A DNA stretch of 47,453 nt from Mayamaea pseudoterrestris. Lineage: Eukaryota. The notes below the pieces were generated by a model. That model was not told where the DNA came from. It ran no database searches and saw only the letters and a program-made list of their open reading frames with translations. Each line of letters begins with the position of its first letter. Position 1 is the stretch's first letter. Of this stretch, positions 35,256 to 46,800 are shown one piece after another. A program made the translations under genes and the position numbers. The stretch is from NCBI GenBank assembly GCA_027923505.1, contig BROI01000036.1:186001-233453 (forward strand), in the 5' to 3' direction.

Positions 35256-38200
35256 ATGAGTCCTTCGCTTTCGCGGTCCCTACTCCCCGGTCTCTCTCCC
35301 AGGCGCTCGTGGCCTGACGTCAGCACTCGTGGCTTGACGCGTCGCGTGACTGCAGTTAAAGATTCGGCCCTTTTTGCATTGGGACTCGAACCCCCGACCA
35401 CTGTCGAGATCAATCCCCGACGTACTCCACCAAACACGTGGCGACTCCTTACCCGCGATCAGCAACACGAAGTGTTTGAACGCCGTGGTACGAGTCGAGC
35501 GGCCAGTGCTGCAGGTGGTTCGACATCAGCAACACAGGCAGGCACCACGCAGACGACGAGTACAACACGCAACGCAAACGTCGCAGCCACTTCATCAGCG
35601 GCAACGACGGCGAGTGCGGCGACCAAGCGTGTGAACAACACCAGCCGTGGCTCAGCGATGCAAAGTTTCTTAGGTCCAGACCAGCCCACGACTACGACTC
35701 GGGGAGCAAATATTGCTCAGAGTCGCAAGTACAAAGTCACGAGCATTGACTTGGATAAGCATTCAGCGTCAACTGTCGATTGCGGCGCAAGTGGCGGAGT
35801 ATGGGGAGCGGACGGCCGCATCCTTACCGAGGACAAGTTCCACAAGATTGAAGTCACTGGAGTTGGTGGTCTCAAACTTCTGGACCTGTCAACCGTCACA
35901 GCAGTCGCCAAGCTTAAGAGCACCGAGGGTTGGGTCGTCGGCGAGTTCCATAATTACGCATATTCTGGAACCGGCAAGACGATTCATTCGAGTATGCAGA
36001 TGGAAGCCTTTGGACTTCATGTCAACGACAAGCATTACAACTTTGGTGGCAAGTTACGAATTGAAACGCCAGACGGATACAAGTTTATGCTCGGAATGGA
36101 AAGTGGCATGGCGACCTTGCCAATGTTTCCAGTGTCGGCGCATGAGCTTCACACCTTACCTCGGGTCATGATGACCTTTGATGGGCCTTGGGATCCGAAT
36201 GAGTTTGACGTCGAGCCGACCAAGGACAATGACTATGACTCTTCGGATGATGATGACAACGAGAACGACGTACCAGACTTGTTGTCACGCGATGAAGACG
36301 ACGAAGACAGTGACGATGAAGAGGGCTTCACGCCTGTGACACGTTCGCGTACGCGGAATCGCACCCATCGTCAGAGCAACGTGGCTTATACGAATCTCGG
36401 ACATGACAATCAACCTGTTTACACCAAGAAGGAGCTGAATGTTTGTGCCGTCGTACAGAAGTACAATGCTGATCTCATCTATCAGCCCTACAAGTCTATC
36501 CTGCCAAAGAAACCTGATATCGATGCATTGCTGCCGAACTTTGCATGGTACCCAGCGCAGACGATCAAGGATACTTTGCGCCACAGCACGCAGTTCAATA
36601 TGCACGAGTGCCAATACCCCCCACGAATGCATCGAAAGAGCCGATTCCTGAACGTCTACCCTCTAGATGATCGAGTGGCCCATGACACCATGTTCTTCGA
36701 CGAACCAGCCATGGATGATCATATCGACGGACATGCAGGGTGCACATGCGTGCAGCTATTCAATGGTTGTCGCAGTCAGATCATTGTTGTGTATCCCATG
36801 CAGACGAAAGGTGACGTACCGAAATGATTTCATGATTTCATCTGTGAGTTTGGAGCTCCGTTGGAAGTCTTCTCGGATAATGCAAAAGAAGCGATGAGTG
36901 CCAAGTTTGACGAAGTAATGCGCGAGTTCATGAATCGCCGTCGTCATACATCGGAGCCGTACTATCAGAATCAAAATCCAGCTGAGCGCATCATCGGGCA
37001 TGTAAAGGAAAGTCATGAATGACTTATGGACCAAACGGGCACTCCGGCATGCTTCTGGCTACGCGCTTTACTCTTTCAGACTGAGATGTACCGTCATTTG
37101 TCGCATCCAGCCTTGGACGGCAAGTCTCCCATCGAGTTTATCACTGGGCAAGTCCCCGATGAGTCGAAGTATTTGCATTTTTGTTGGTTTGAAATTGTCA
37201 ACGACGTACTCCACCAAACACGTGGCGACTCCTTACCCGCGATCAGCAACACGAAGTGTTTGAACGCCGTGGTACGAGTCGAGCGGCCAGTGCTGCAGGT
37301 GGTTCGACATCAGCAACACAGGCAGGCACCACGCAGACGACGAGTACAACACGCAACGCAAACGTCGCAGCCACTTCATCAGCGGCAACGACGGCGAGTG
37401 CGGCGACCAAGCGTGTGAACAACACCAGCCGTGGCTCAGCGATGCAAAGTTTCTTAGGTCCAGACCAGCCCACGACTACGACTCGGGGAGCAAATATTGC
37501 TCAGAGTCGCAAGTACAAAGTCACGAGCATTGACTTGGATAAGCATTCAGCGTCAACTGTCGATTGCGGCGCAAGTGGCGGAGTATGGGGAGCGGACGGC
37601 CGCATCCTTACCGAGGACAAGTTCCACAAGATTGAAGTCACTGGAGTTGGTGGTCTCAAACTTCTGGACCTGTCAACCGTCACAGCAGTCGCCAAGCTTA
37701 AGAGCACCGAGGGTTGGGTCGTCGGCGAGTTCCATAATTACGCATATTCTGGAACCGGCAAGACGATTCATTCGAGTATGCAGATGGAAGCCTTTGGACT
37801 TCATGTCAACGACAAGCATTACAACTTTGGTGGCAAGTTACGAATTGAAACGCCAGACGGATACAAGTTTATGCTCGGAATGGAAAGTGGCATGGCGACC
37901 TTGCCAATGTTTCCAGTGTCGGCGCATGAGCTTCACACCTTACCTCGGGTCATGATGACCTTTGATGGGCCTTGGGATCCGAATGAGTTTGACGTCGAGC
38001 CGACCAAGGACAATGACTATGACTCTTCGGATGATGATGACAACGAGAACGACGTACCAGACTTGTTGTCACGCGATGAAGACGACGAAGACAGTGACGA
38101 TGAAGAGGGCTTCACGCCTGTGACACGTTCGCGTACGCGGAATCGCACCCATCGTCAGAGCAACGTGGCTTATACGAATCTCGGACATGACAATCAACCT

Positions 38201-41200
38201 GTTTACACCAAGAAGGAGCTGAATGTTTGTGCCGTCGTACAGAAGTACAATGCTGATCTCATCTATCAGCCCTACAAGTCTATCCTGCCAAAGAAACCTG
38301 ATATCGATGCATTGCTGCCGAACTTTGCATGGTACCCAGCGCAGACGATCAAGGATACTTTGCGCCACAGCACGCAGTTCAATATGCACGAGTGCCAATA
38401 CCCCCCACGAATGCATCGAAAGAGCCGATTCCTGAACGTCTACCCTCTAGATGATCGAGTGGCCCATGACACCATGTTCTTCGACGAACCAGCCATGGAT
38501 GATCATATCGACGGACATGCAGGGTGCACATGCGTGCAGCTATTCAATGGTTGTCGCAGTCAGATCATTGTTGTGTATCCCATGCAGACGAAAGGTGACG
38601 TACCGAAATGATTTCATGATTTCATCTGTGAGTTTGGAGCTCCGTTGGAAGTCTTCTCGGATAATGCAAAAGAAGCGATGAGTGCCAAGTTTGACGAAGT
38701 AATGCGCGAGTTCATGAATCGCCGTCGTCATACATCGGAGCCGTACTATCAGAATCAAAATCCAGCTGAGCGCATCATCGGGCATGTAAAGGAAAGTCAT
38801 GAATGACTTATGGACCAAACGGGCACTCCGGCATGCTTCTGGCTACGCGCTTTACTCTTTCAGACTGAGATGTACCGTCATTTGTCGCATCCAGCCTTGG
38901 ACGGCAAGTCTCCCATCGAGTTTATCACTGGGCAAGTCCCCGATGAGTCGAAGTATTTGCATTTTTGTTGGTTTGAAATTGTCAAGCGAGCGGCGTACTG
39001 GCTTGGTCCCAACATGACGTGCGGAGACGACCTGACGTACTTCATCTGTGACTGCGAGACCCACGAGATCATGACGCGATCGGTCTGCTTACCCCGAAAC
39101 GACTAAAAATTTTTGAACCTTTGCGTACCGGCACCTGCTTCCCCAGTCATGAAAGAAGGGGAGCTGCGTCTCTATACTGTACCTGGTCTAGGTGGTGAGA
39201 TCCTTATGCCGGAAATGATCAAGAAGATTACCGACGCCAACAGCAGAGACGATAATTCTTTCATTCCTGACGAAGACGATACCCCTTTGGTTGAGACGGT
39301 GGAATACCCGGAAGATGACGATATGACCGACGGGGACGAAGATCCTAATCCTGCCGATGACGACGACGACAAGCCAAAGAAGAAAAACATCAATCCGTGG
39401 CGCAAACTCCCGAAGTATGCACCCAATGAACTTATTGGCAAGTCGTTTCTCATGAAGACGGATGACGGGCAAGAAGTTCGAGCGACCGTCATGAGCAAGC
39501 TGAACAACCGCGACGCCCAGAACCATCAGAACATTAAAATGATGCTGAAGCTTGGTAACGGCGAAGCGGACGAAGTCATGTCGTATGTCGAAGTGAACCA
39601 AGACATGGCGAATCCTGAGCGTAAATGGTTCTTCAAGGAGATTCTAGACCATCAGGGTCCGCTGACGAGCAAGTCCAAGAACTGGAAGCACTCCAAGTGG
39701 AACGTCCTTGTGCAATGGGACAATGGATCCAAGACTTGGGAGCCTCTCAACGCGATGATCAAAAGCGACAAAGTATCAGTGGCAGCCTACGTGCAAAAGC
39801 ATAATCTTCTCGACAAGGACGGATGGGCATCGTTGAATCAATGGGCCCGGAATGCCAAGAAGGTTGCGCGCAAGGTGGCGACCTCCCAAATGGAGCAGCA
39901 GAAGAACGGACCGCGCTACAAGTTTGGAGTCCAAGTACCCCGAGATTGGAAGGAAGCGCAACGTTTGCAGGAAACTGCAGGGCACACAAAGTGGACGGAT
40001 GCGGAAGGCGTGGAGCTTGCGAACCTGGACGAGTACGAGACGTTTCAAGATCTCGGTCCGAGTTCCACCACAGCACCACCAACTGGTTACCAAAAGATCC
40101 GAGTCCATTTTGTGTACAATGTCAAGCACGATTTGCGATACAAGGCACGTCTCATTGCAGGCGGCCACATGACGAAAGACAACGACGATGCCTACTCCAG
40201 TGTTATCTCATTGAAGGCAATGCGTCTAGCTCTCATCATTGGAGAAGCAAACGGCAAGAAGTGCATGGTTGGTGACATTGGGAATGCTTACCTCGAAGCG
40301 TTCACCAAGGAGAAGGTATACTTCGTTGGAGGCCCCGAGTTTGGGGAGCGCGAAGGACACATCCTGGTCATCATCAAGGCTTTGTATGGATTGCGAACGA
40401 GCAGAGCACAATTTCACAAATGCTTAGCCAATGCCCTACTTGCGGAAGGGTGGAAGCCGTCCTATTGCGATTCCAATTTGTGGATCAAGGACGCCGGCGA
40501 CAGCTACGACTACCTCTGTGTATGGGTCGACGATCTGTTGAATATTTCAGACGATCCAGCAGCGTTCTTCAAGATGCTAGAGGAGAAGTACAAGTTTAAG
40601 CTCAAAGGTGTTGGACATCCCGAGTATCATTTTGGCGGTGACTTTGGACGAGACCCTGACGGAACCCTTTACTGGTCGGCCAAGACCTAGTTGCGAAACT
40701 CTTGGCGCAGTACGAGCGTTTGTTTGAAGGTCCTCCAAAGAAGTATTCATCACCAATCGACAAAGACGACCATCCCGAACTTGACCAAAGCAAGCTACTG
40801 AATGACCAAGAGAAGAAGATTTACCAGTCTCTAGTCGGAGCACTTCAGTGGGCGATTACTTTGGGATGATTTGACATTGCCGTAGCAGTTGTGAGTCTGT
40901 TGCGATTCCGTGTGGAGCCACGCAAGGGACACCTGCAGCGGGTGAAGCAAGTCTGTGGATATTTGCGAGAGTTACCGGACGCAGAATCCGTTTCCGTACG
41001 AAGTGGCCAGCCAACGAGGAGCACTTCGGTACCATGGAGGAACAAGATTGGGAGCACAGCGTTTACGGGAAGGACGGAGTTGATGAAATGTTGGACGTCT
41101 ACCCACCGCCAAAGGGTGTGACTGTACAAACATCAACTTTTGAGGATGCGTGTCTCATGCATTGCATGGTGACAGGCAAGTCATTGGAAGGAGTTTTGTC

Positions 41201-41699
41201 ATTTGTCAACCAGACGCCTGTCGACTGGCATTGCAAACTCCAGGCTACAGTTGAGACTGCAACCTTTGGATCTGAATTTGGCATAGCAAAGAGTGGGACG
41301 GATATCAGCATTTCTCTACGTGCGTCACTCATGGCTATGGGCGTACCATTGGAGAAGTCTGCCTGGATGTACGGAGACAACCAAGCAGTGATTACGCAAT
41401 CTACAATCCCAAGTTCGACGTTGTCCAAGCGACACAATGCGTTGGCCTATCATCGTGTTCGTTGGGCAGTTGCTGCGGGGATTATCAAGTTTGTGAAGAT
41501 TGACGGAAAGGAGAACATTGCGGACGTACTTACCAAGTACCTGCCGTACTGTGATGCGATGCCATTGCTCAAGCCAGTTTTGTTTTGGCGCGGCGATACA
41601 TCGTATGCAATTGTGAAGGACAAGAATGCGGCTACAACGAGCAGCGTACCCAAGGGGAGTGAGCAGAGCGGCGAAGTCAAGAGCCCGAACCCTAATTAG
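35256..41699 (+). pseudogene. pol: Disrupted pol: protease and integrase (duplicated), chromodomain-like segment, RT, RNase H
   Basis: Protease DCG; integrase VAHDT / FSDNAKE / SEPYYQNQNPAERIIG; RT YKARLIAGGH, GDIGNAYL, KALYGLR, CVWVDDLL; RNase H FEDA, TVETATFGSEF, GDNQAV, NIADVLTK. In-frame stops at 36825, 37020, 38609, 38804, 39104 and 40867 plus frameshifts. Confidence 0.9.
35418..38985 (+). repeat. Tandem direct duplication of 1784 bp (35418-37201 and 37202-38985)
   Basis: Identical ORF translations offset by 1784; junction GAAATTGTCAA|CGACGTACTCC at 37201/37202. Confidence 0.95.
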
Positions 41700-42048
41700 C
41701 TTGTGTCGAGTCCGCAGCTGTCGTATGTGACATGTGAATGAAGAAAGTGCGCAACCGTCGTGTGGATGCGTTGTATGAATGGAACGACTGATTACAACTG
41801 ATGTAATGTGATTGAAAGAAATGGATTGATTGGATGATCTTCCGAGTGGTGGATGTAGCGATGTAGCGATAAGCTCACAATATAGAACTACAAGTTTGCG
41901 ACGAGAGTGCAGTCGTATTCGTGTAGTGGCGAGCGCAAGACTATTTGACGAGCCATCTCCATCAAGAGCTGTACAGACCGTGGCCAAGGACCCTGTATCG
42001 GAGCTTTTTGGAGGTAAGACGTTGACTGCGAAATTGTCAACGGTGTTA
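41660..42048 (+). repeat. 3' LTR (389 bp, TG...TA)
   Basis: Follows the PPT; 6-bp deletion near its start relative to the 5' LTR; followed by TSD CTGTA. Confidence 0.93.
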
Positions 42049-42253
42049 CTGTAGGGGCATTTGAATGTCACGGCATACTTGAGCCTGTGATGGTGACAAG
42101 TTGTCACCAGAATGGTGCTAGCATCCATATTTCAGGTGCGCTATAATGATGTTGGCACCATTTTGGTGTATTTTGGGCACCTACAGGGCTTGCTGTAGGG
42201 GCGTTTGAATGTCACGGCATCTGCAGGCTGAGACTGGTGACAAGATGTCATCG

Positions 42254-42830
42254 ACCTGTCAAACGCCCCATGCCCTGGCCACCCAAATACCCAATGAGTC
42301 AGGCAAAACATTCCAGGGTATGCCATGGATAGGTGCAGAGTCTCAAATGGTGCAAAAGGGAATGCCTGGAGGCCTACAGCATGGAATGGTCTGCAAGATG
42401 TGTGTGGCCAACACCACAAATTATGGAATCATACCACTATAATGCCCCATGCCCTGGCCACCCAACAACCCAATGAGTCAGGCAAAACATGTCCAGGGTG
42501 TGCCATAGACATGAGGATGGTCTGACATGGTGCAAAACGGACTGCCTGAAGGCCTACACCATCTGCAAAATGGGTGTGGCTAACATCCCAAATTATGGAA
42601 TCATACCACTACAATGCCCCATGCCCTGATCACCCAACAACCCAACGAGTAATGCAAAACGTGTCCAGGGTGTGCCATTGACATGAGGATGGTCTGACAT
42701 GATACAAAACGGACTGCCTGGAGCACATGGAATGGTCGATGGGTGTGGCGAACATCCCCAAATTATGGAACACCACTAAAATGCCACAATGCGCTCTGTG
42801 ACCCACAACCGAATGAGTCCACAAAGCCTA
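42254..42830 (-). repeat. Same ~175-180-bp satellite in inverted orientation, ~3 more diverged copies (right arm)
   Basis: CCCCATGCCCTGGCCACCCAA...TGAGTCAGGCAAAACA is the reverse complement of the left-arm unit; recurs near 42266, 42445 and 42617. Confidence 0.88.
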
Positions 42831-43877
42831 CAGGCAATAATAACATCCATGAAACACTCAAGTCTTGTATGACGTTAACGAAACAAGAAGCATAAGTACA
42901 TTTAATGAATAGCAATGCATTAACCCGAAAGATAACGCCAGGCAATATAATTTTCTTCATGATAACAGCCAGGCAATAATCGATTACTCACCCCTAAACC
43001 CTATCACAAACAGAAAATATCAAAATGACCTTCCCTACATCTTCGTATGTTGGCCTACGTGAAAGTAACCCCCTGTGGACTAATTGGCATTCAAGAAAAA
43101 TTCTTAATATGCCCGGGCTTAAAGACGGATTGTCGAAACTCCGGGTTTTGTGACACGTTTTCCTCCAGACCTCCTGTACTAGCAAGGTAAACCTCAGATT
43201 GGTGACAACAAGTCACCAGTCTCAGTCAGCAGCTGCCATGCCTTTCAAATGCCCATACCTTGAGCCATGTGCATGCTCAATTTAAGCCAGAATGGTGCTA
43301 GCATCCATATTTCAGGTGCGCTATAAGATGAATTGCCTGGATGGTCAATTGCGTCTGTATTGATATTATAGAGCAAAGAACGGAATGAGAATGTGCTTAG
43401 TGAAATCAACCGAGACGATTTGTCGACTCCGTGTTTTGCACGACTCCCCAAGCAGTTTCATTTGATGAGCTCATTCATTTCAAGAACTCTCCAGCATTCA
43501 ACCAAATTTGGCAATCAGCTTCATTACACTATAGAGCAAGTGTATGAACGGTATCAGCAGCAAAAATGGTCTATGGCGCAATGGCGAGGACAGACTGTAG
43601 CGAGCAGTCGATGACACAATGACACGGGCGCATCGCTACCAAAAAGGTGCTGCGGCGGGACCAAGACCAAATCCTCACATACATGAGTGAAATTGCTGAC
43701 GATCGTGACCTCGACCGTGAACCCGTGAGAACGAAAGAAGCACACAGTAGAGTAGCGAGTAACATGCACTATTCGCAATTGAGTTTGTTTGTTAGCTTTA
43801 CGGCTGGGCGAAGAGGTTGATGCTTAGTCCATTGTAGTCGCTGGAATGAAGGTTAGTCTGTGTGCCATTAATCAATT

Positions 43878-46800
43878 TAGGCAGTGAGAATTGCAGTGAG
43901 GCAGTGAGGCAGTGAGGCAGTGAGGCAGTGAGGCAGTGAGGCAGTTAGGCAGTGAAGCAGTGAGGCAGTGAGGCAGTGAGGCAGTGAGAATTGCAGTGAG
44001 GCAGTGAGGTGCGGTGAGCGGTGATGGCAGTGAGGCGAGTGAGGGGTGCGGTGGGCGGTGAGAGTGCAGTGAGGCGAGTGATAGTGCGGTGAGGCAGTGA
44101 GAAATTGCAGTGAGGCGGTGAGAAGTACAGTGAGGGCAGTGAGGGCCGAGGAAGTGAGGCAGTGAGGATTGCAGTGAGGTTGCAGTGAGGCGGTGAAAGT
44201 GCAGTGAGGCAGTGATTGCGGAGGGCGGTGAGGCGTGGTGGTGCGGAGGGGGGGATTGCAGTGAGGCAGTGGGTTGCAGTGAAGGAGGCGGTGAGAGTGC
44301 GGTGAGGCAGTGAGAGGGATTGCAGTGAGGCAGTGAAAATTGCAGTGAGCGCGTAACGTGGATGCGTGGAGGCAGTGAGGTTGCGGTGAGGCGGGGGACG
44401 CAGTGAGGCGGTGAGGCGGTGAGGCGGGGCGTGAGAATTGCGGGGCAGTGAGTGCGTGGGGCTGGTAGGGGTGAGAATTGGGGAATGTGGGCAGGAAACG
44501 GGAGGAGCGGTGGGCAGGGGGGGTTGGTGAGGCGGGTGGTGCGGTGAGGCGGTGAGGGTGCCGGTGAGGCGGTGAGTTGCAGTGAGACAGTGGAATTGCG
44601 TGGGCAGTGAGGCAGTGAGAGTGCGGACGGGATTGCCGTGGAGGGGGAGGGGCGGAGGATTGCGGGCAGTGAGAGTTGCAGTGGGTGAAGAGTTGCGTGA
44701 GGCGGTGGGAGGTTGCGGTGGGCGGTGAGAATTGCGGTGAGGCGGTGAGAGGGCAGTGGGGTTCAGTGGGGCGGTGAGGTGCGGTGGGGCGGTGGGCGGT
44801 AATTGCGTGAGGCGGTGGAGGTGCGGTGAGGCGGTGAGGGTTGCAGTGAGGCGGTGGGGTACGCAGTGAGTGCGTGGGGCAGTGAAGCAGTGAGTGCAGT
44901 GAGGCAGTGAAATTGCGGTGGGGCGGTGAGTGCAGTGAGGCAGTGAGGCGTGAGTGCAGTGGGCAGTGAAGTTGCGGTGGGCGTGGAAGTTGCAGTGGGA
45001 GTGGGGTTGCAGTGAGGCGGTGGTGCAGTGGCGGTGGCAGTGAGTTGCGTGAGGCAGTGGGGATTGCAGTGGGGTGGTGGTGCAGTGGGTGCGGTGAGGC
45101 AGTGGGGTGGCAGTGAAGGCGGTGAGGATTGCGGTGAGGCGGTGGGGGGATTGCAGTGAGGCAGTGAGGATTGCGTGAGGCGTGAGATTGGTGGGGGCAG
45201 TGAGTGCAGTGAGGTGCAGTGAGTGCAGTGAGGTGAGTGACGGAATTGCGTGTGAGGCGAGTGAGGGTTGCAGTGGGGCGGTGAGGCAGTGGGGCGGTGG
45301 GGTTGCAGTGGGCAGTGAGGTTGGCGGTGAGGCGTGAGTGTTGCGGGGGGTGAGTGCGGGGGAGTGGAATTGAGTGGGGCAGTGGTTGCGGGGGGCGAGT
45401 GAGGCGTGAGAATTGCGGTGGGGCGGTGAGGTCGGGGGGAGAGTGCGGTGAGATTGCGTGGGCAGTGGGTGCGGGGAAGTGCTGGTGGCGGTGAGTGCAG
45501 TGAGGCGGTGAGGGTTGCGGTGAGGCGGTGAGAGGTGCGTGGGCGGTCGGGGCGGTGAGGTTGCCGGCGGTGAGGGTTGCGGTGGGGCGAGTGAAGGCGG
45601 GGGCGGTGGGGCGGTGACGGGCGTGGGGTTGCAGTGGGGCGGTGGATTGCGGTGAGGCGGTGGGCAGTGGTTGCGGTGAGGCGGGCGGGTTGCAGGGGAG
45701 GGTGTCGGAGTGCAGTGAGGCAGTGGAATTGCAGTGGGCAGTGAGTTGGGGCAGTGAATTGCGTGAGGCGGAGGTGGGCAGTGGGTTGCGTGGGGCGGTG
45801 AGGCGGTGAGGCGGTGGGATTGCAGTGAGGCGTGGTTGCGTGGGCGGAGCGGTGGGGCGGTGAGGTGCCGGTGAGGGGCAGTGGGTTGCGGTGGGGCGGT
45901 GGGGCGTGAGGCCGTGAGTGGGTGCAGTGAGGCAGGAATCCAGGGGCGAGTGAAACAGTTGCGGTGGGGTAGTGGGGTTACAGTGGGAGAGGGGCAGTGA
46001 GAATTGCAGTGAGGCAGTGAAGGTGCGGTGAGGCGGTGAGGCTGGCGGTGAGGCAGTGGGTGCGTGAGGCAGTGGTGCGGTGAGGCGTGAGGGTCGTGGG
46101 CGGTGGGTGCGTGAGGCGGTGGGATTGCAGTGAGGCGGTGGGAGTTGAATCGTGGGCAGTTGGGCGGTGGGCAGTGGGGTTGCGCAGCAGTGAATGGGAG
46201 GCAGTGAGGCGTGTTGCAGAGAGTTGCAGTGAGGCAGTGGGTTGCGGGCAGTGAGATTGCAGTGAGGCAGTGAGGATTGCAGTGAGGCGGTGAGCGGGGG
46301 CGGCGGTGGGCGGGGAACGGCAGTGGGCGGAGGTGCAGTGGGGCAGGGGGTCGGGCGGTGGGATTGCGGTGAGGCAGTGGGGCCGTGCGTGAGGCGGATT
46401 GCGCGGGCGGTGAGGCGGAATCGTGGGCGTGTGCGTGAGGCAGTGGGCAGTGGGCAGTGAGGTAGTGAGGCAGTGGATTGCTGTGGCAGTGGGGCGTCAG
46501 TGAGGCAGTGGTAGGTGCGGGGCAGTGAGTTGCAGTGAGGCGGATGCGGAGCGCGAGGCGAGTGGGCAGTGGGGCAGTGAGTTGCAGTGAGGCAGTGAGT
46601 GCAGTGAGGCAGTGGTGCAGCGCGGTGGTTCAGTGGGCAGTGAGGCGTGAGGCAGGGTTGCAGTGAGGCAGTGAGAGTTGCAGTGAGTTGCAGTGTGCAG
46701 TAAGGGGCAGTGAGGCAGTGAAGGATTGCGGAGGCAGTGAATTGCAGTGAGGCAGTGAGGGCGGGGGGCGGGCGGAGCGGTGGCGGTTGGGTTGCAGTGG

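Larger units (their letters stand above)
33522..42048 (+). mobile_element. Decayed Ty1/Copia LTR retrotransposon (CoDi-like)
   Basis: Paired LTRs; TSD CTGTA at 33517-33521 and 42049-42053; PPT AAGGGGAG 41652-41659; domain order gag-protease (VDCGASG)-integrase-RT-RNase H, which is the Copia order; several stops, frameshifts and duplications. Confidence 0.95.

Noticed and set aside
34998..39040. TGACGTAC/GTACGTCA matches inside the retrotransposon (~35000, 36812, 38596, 39033)
   Set aside because: They lie in TE internal sequence and not at promoter positions. They show the motif also occurs by chance, which tempers the regulon finding.
41325..42128. 267-aa antisense ORF over RNase H and the 3' LTR
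   Set aside because: It starts outside the element in flanking repeat DNA, so it cannot be an element gene; likely chance.
43100..43185. Possible Helitron 3' end (CTAG with upstream GC-rich motifs)
   Set aside because: No convincing hairpin at the expected distance and no matching 5' end or Rep/helicase.
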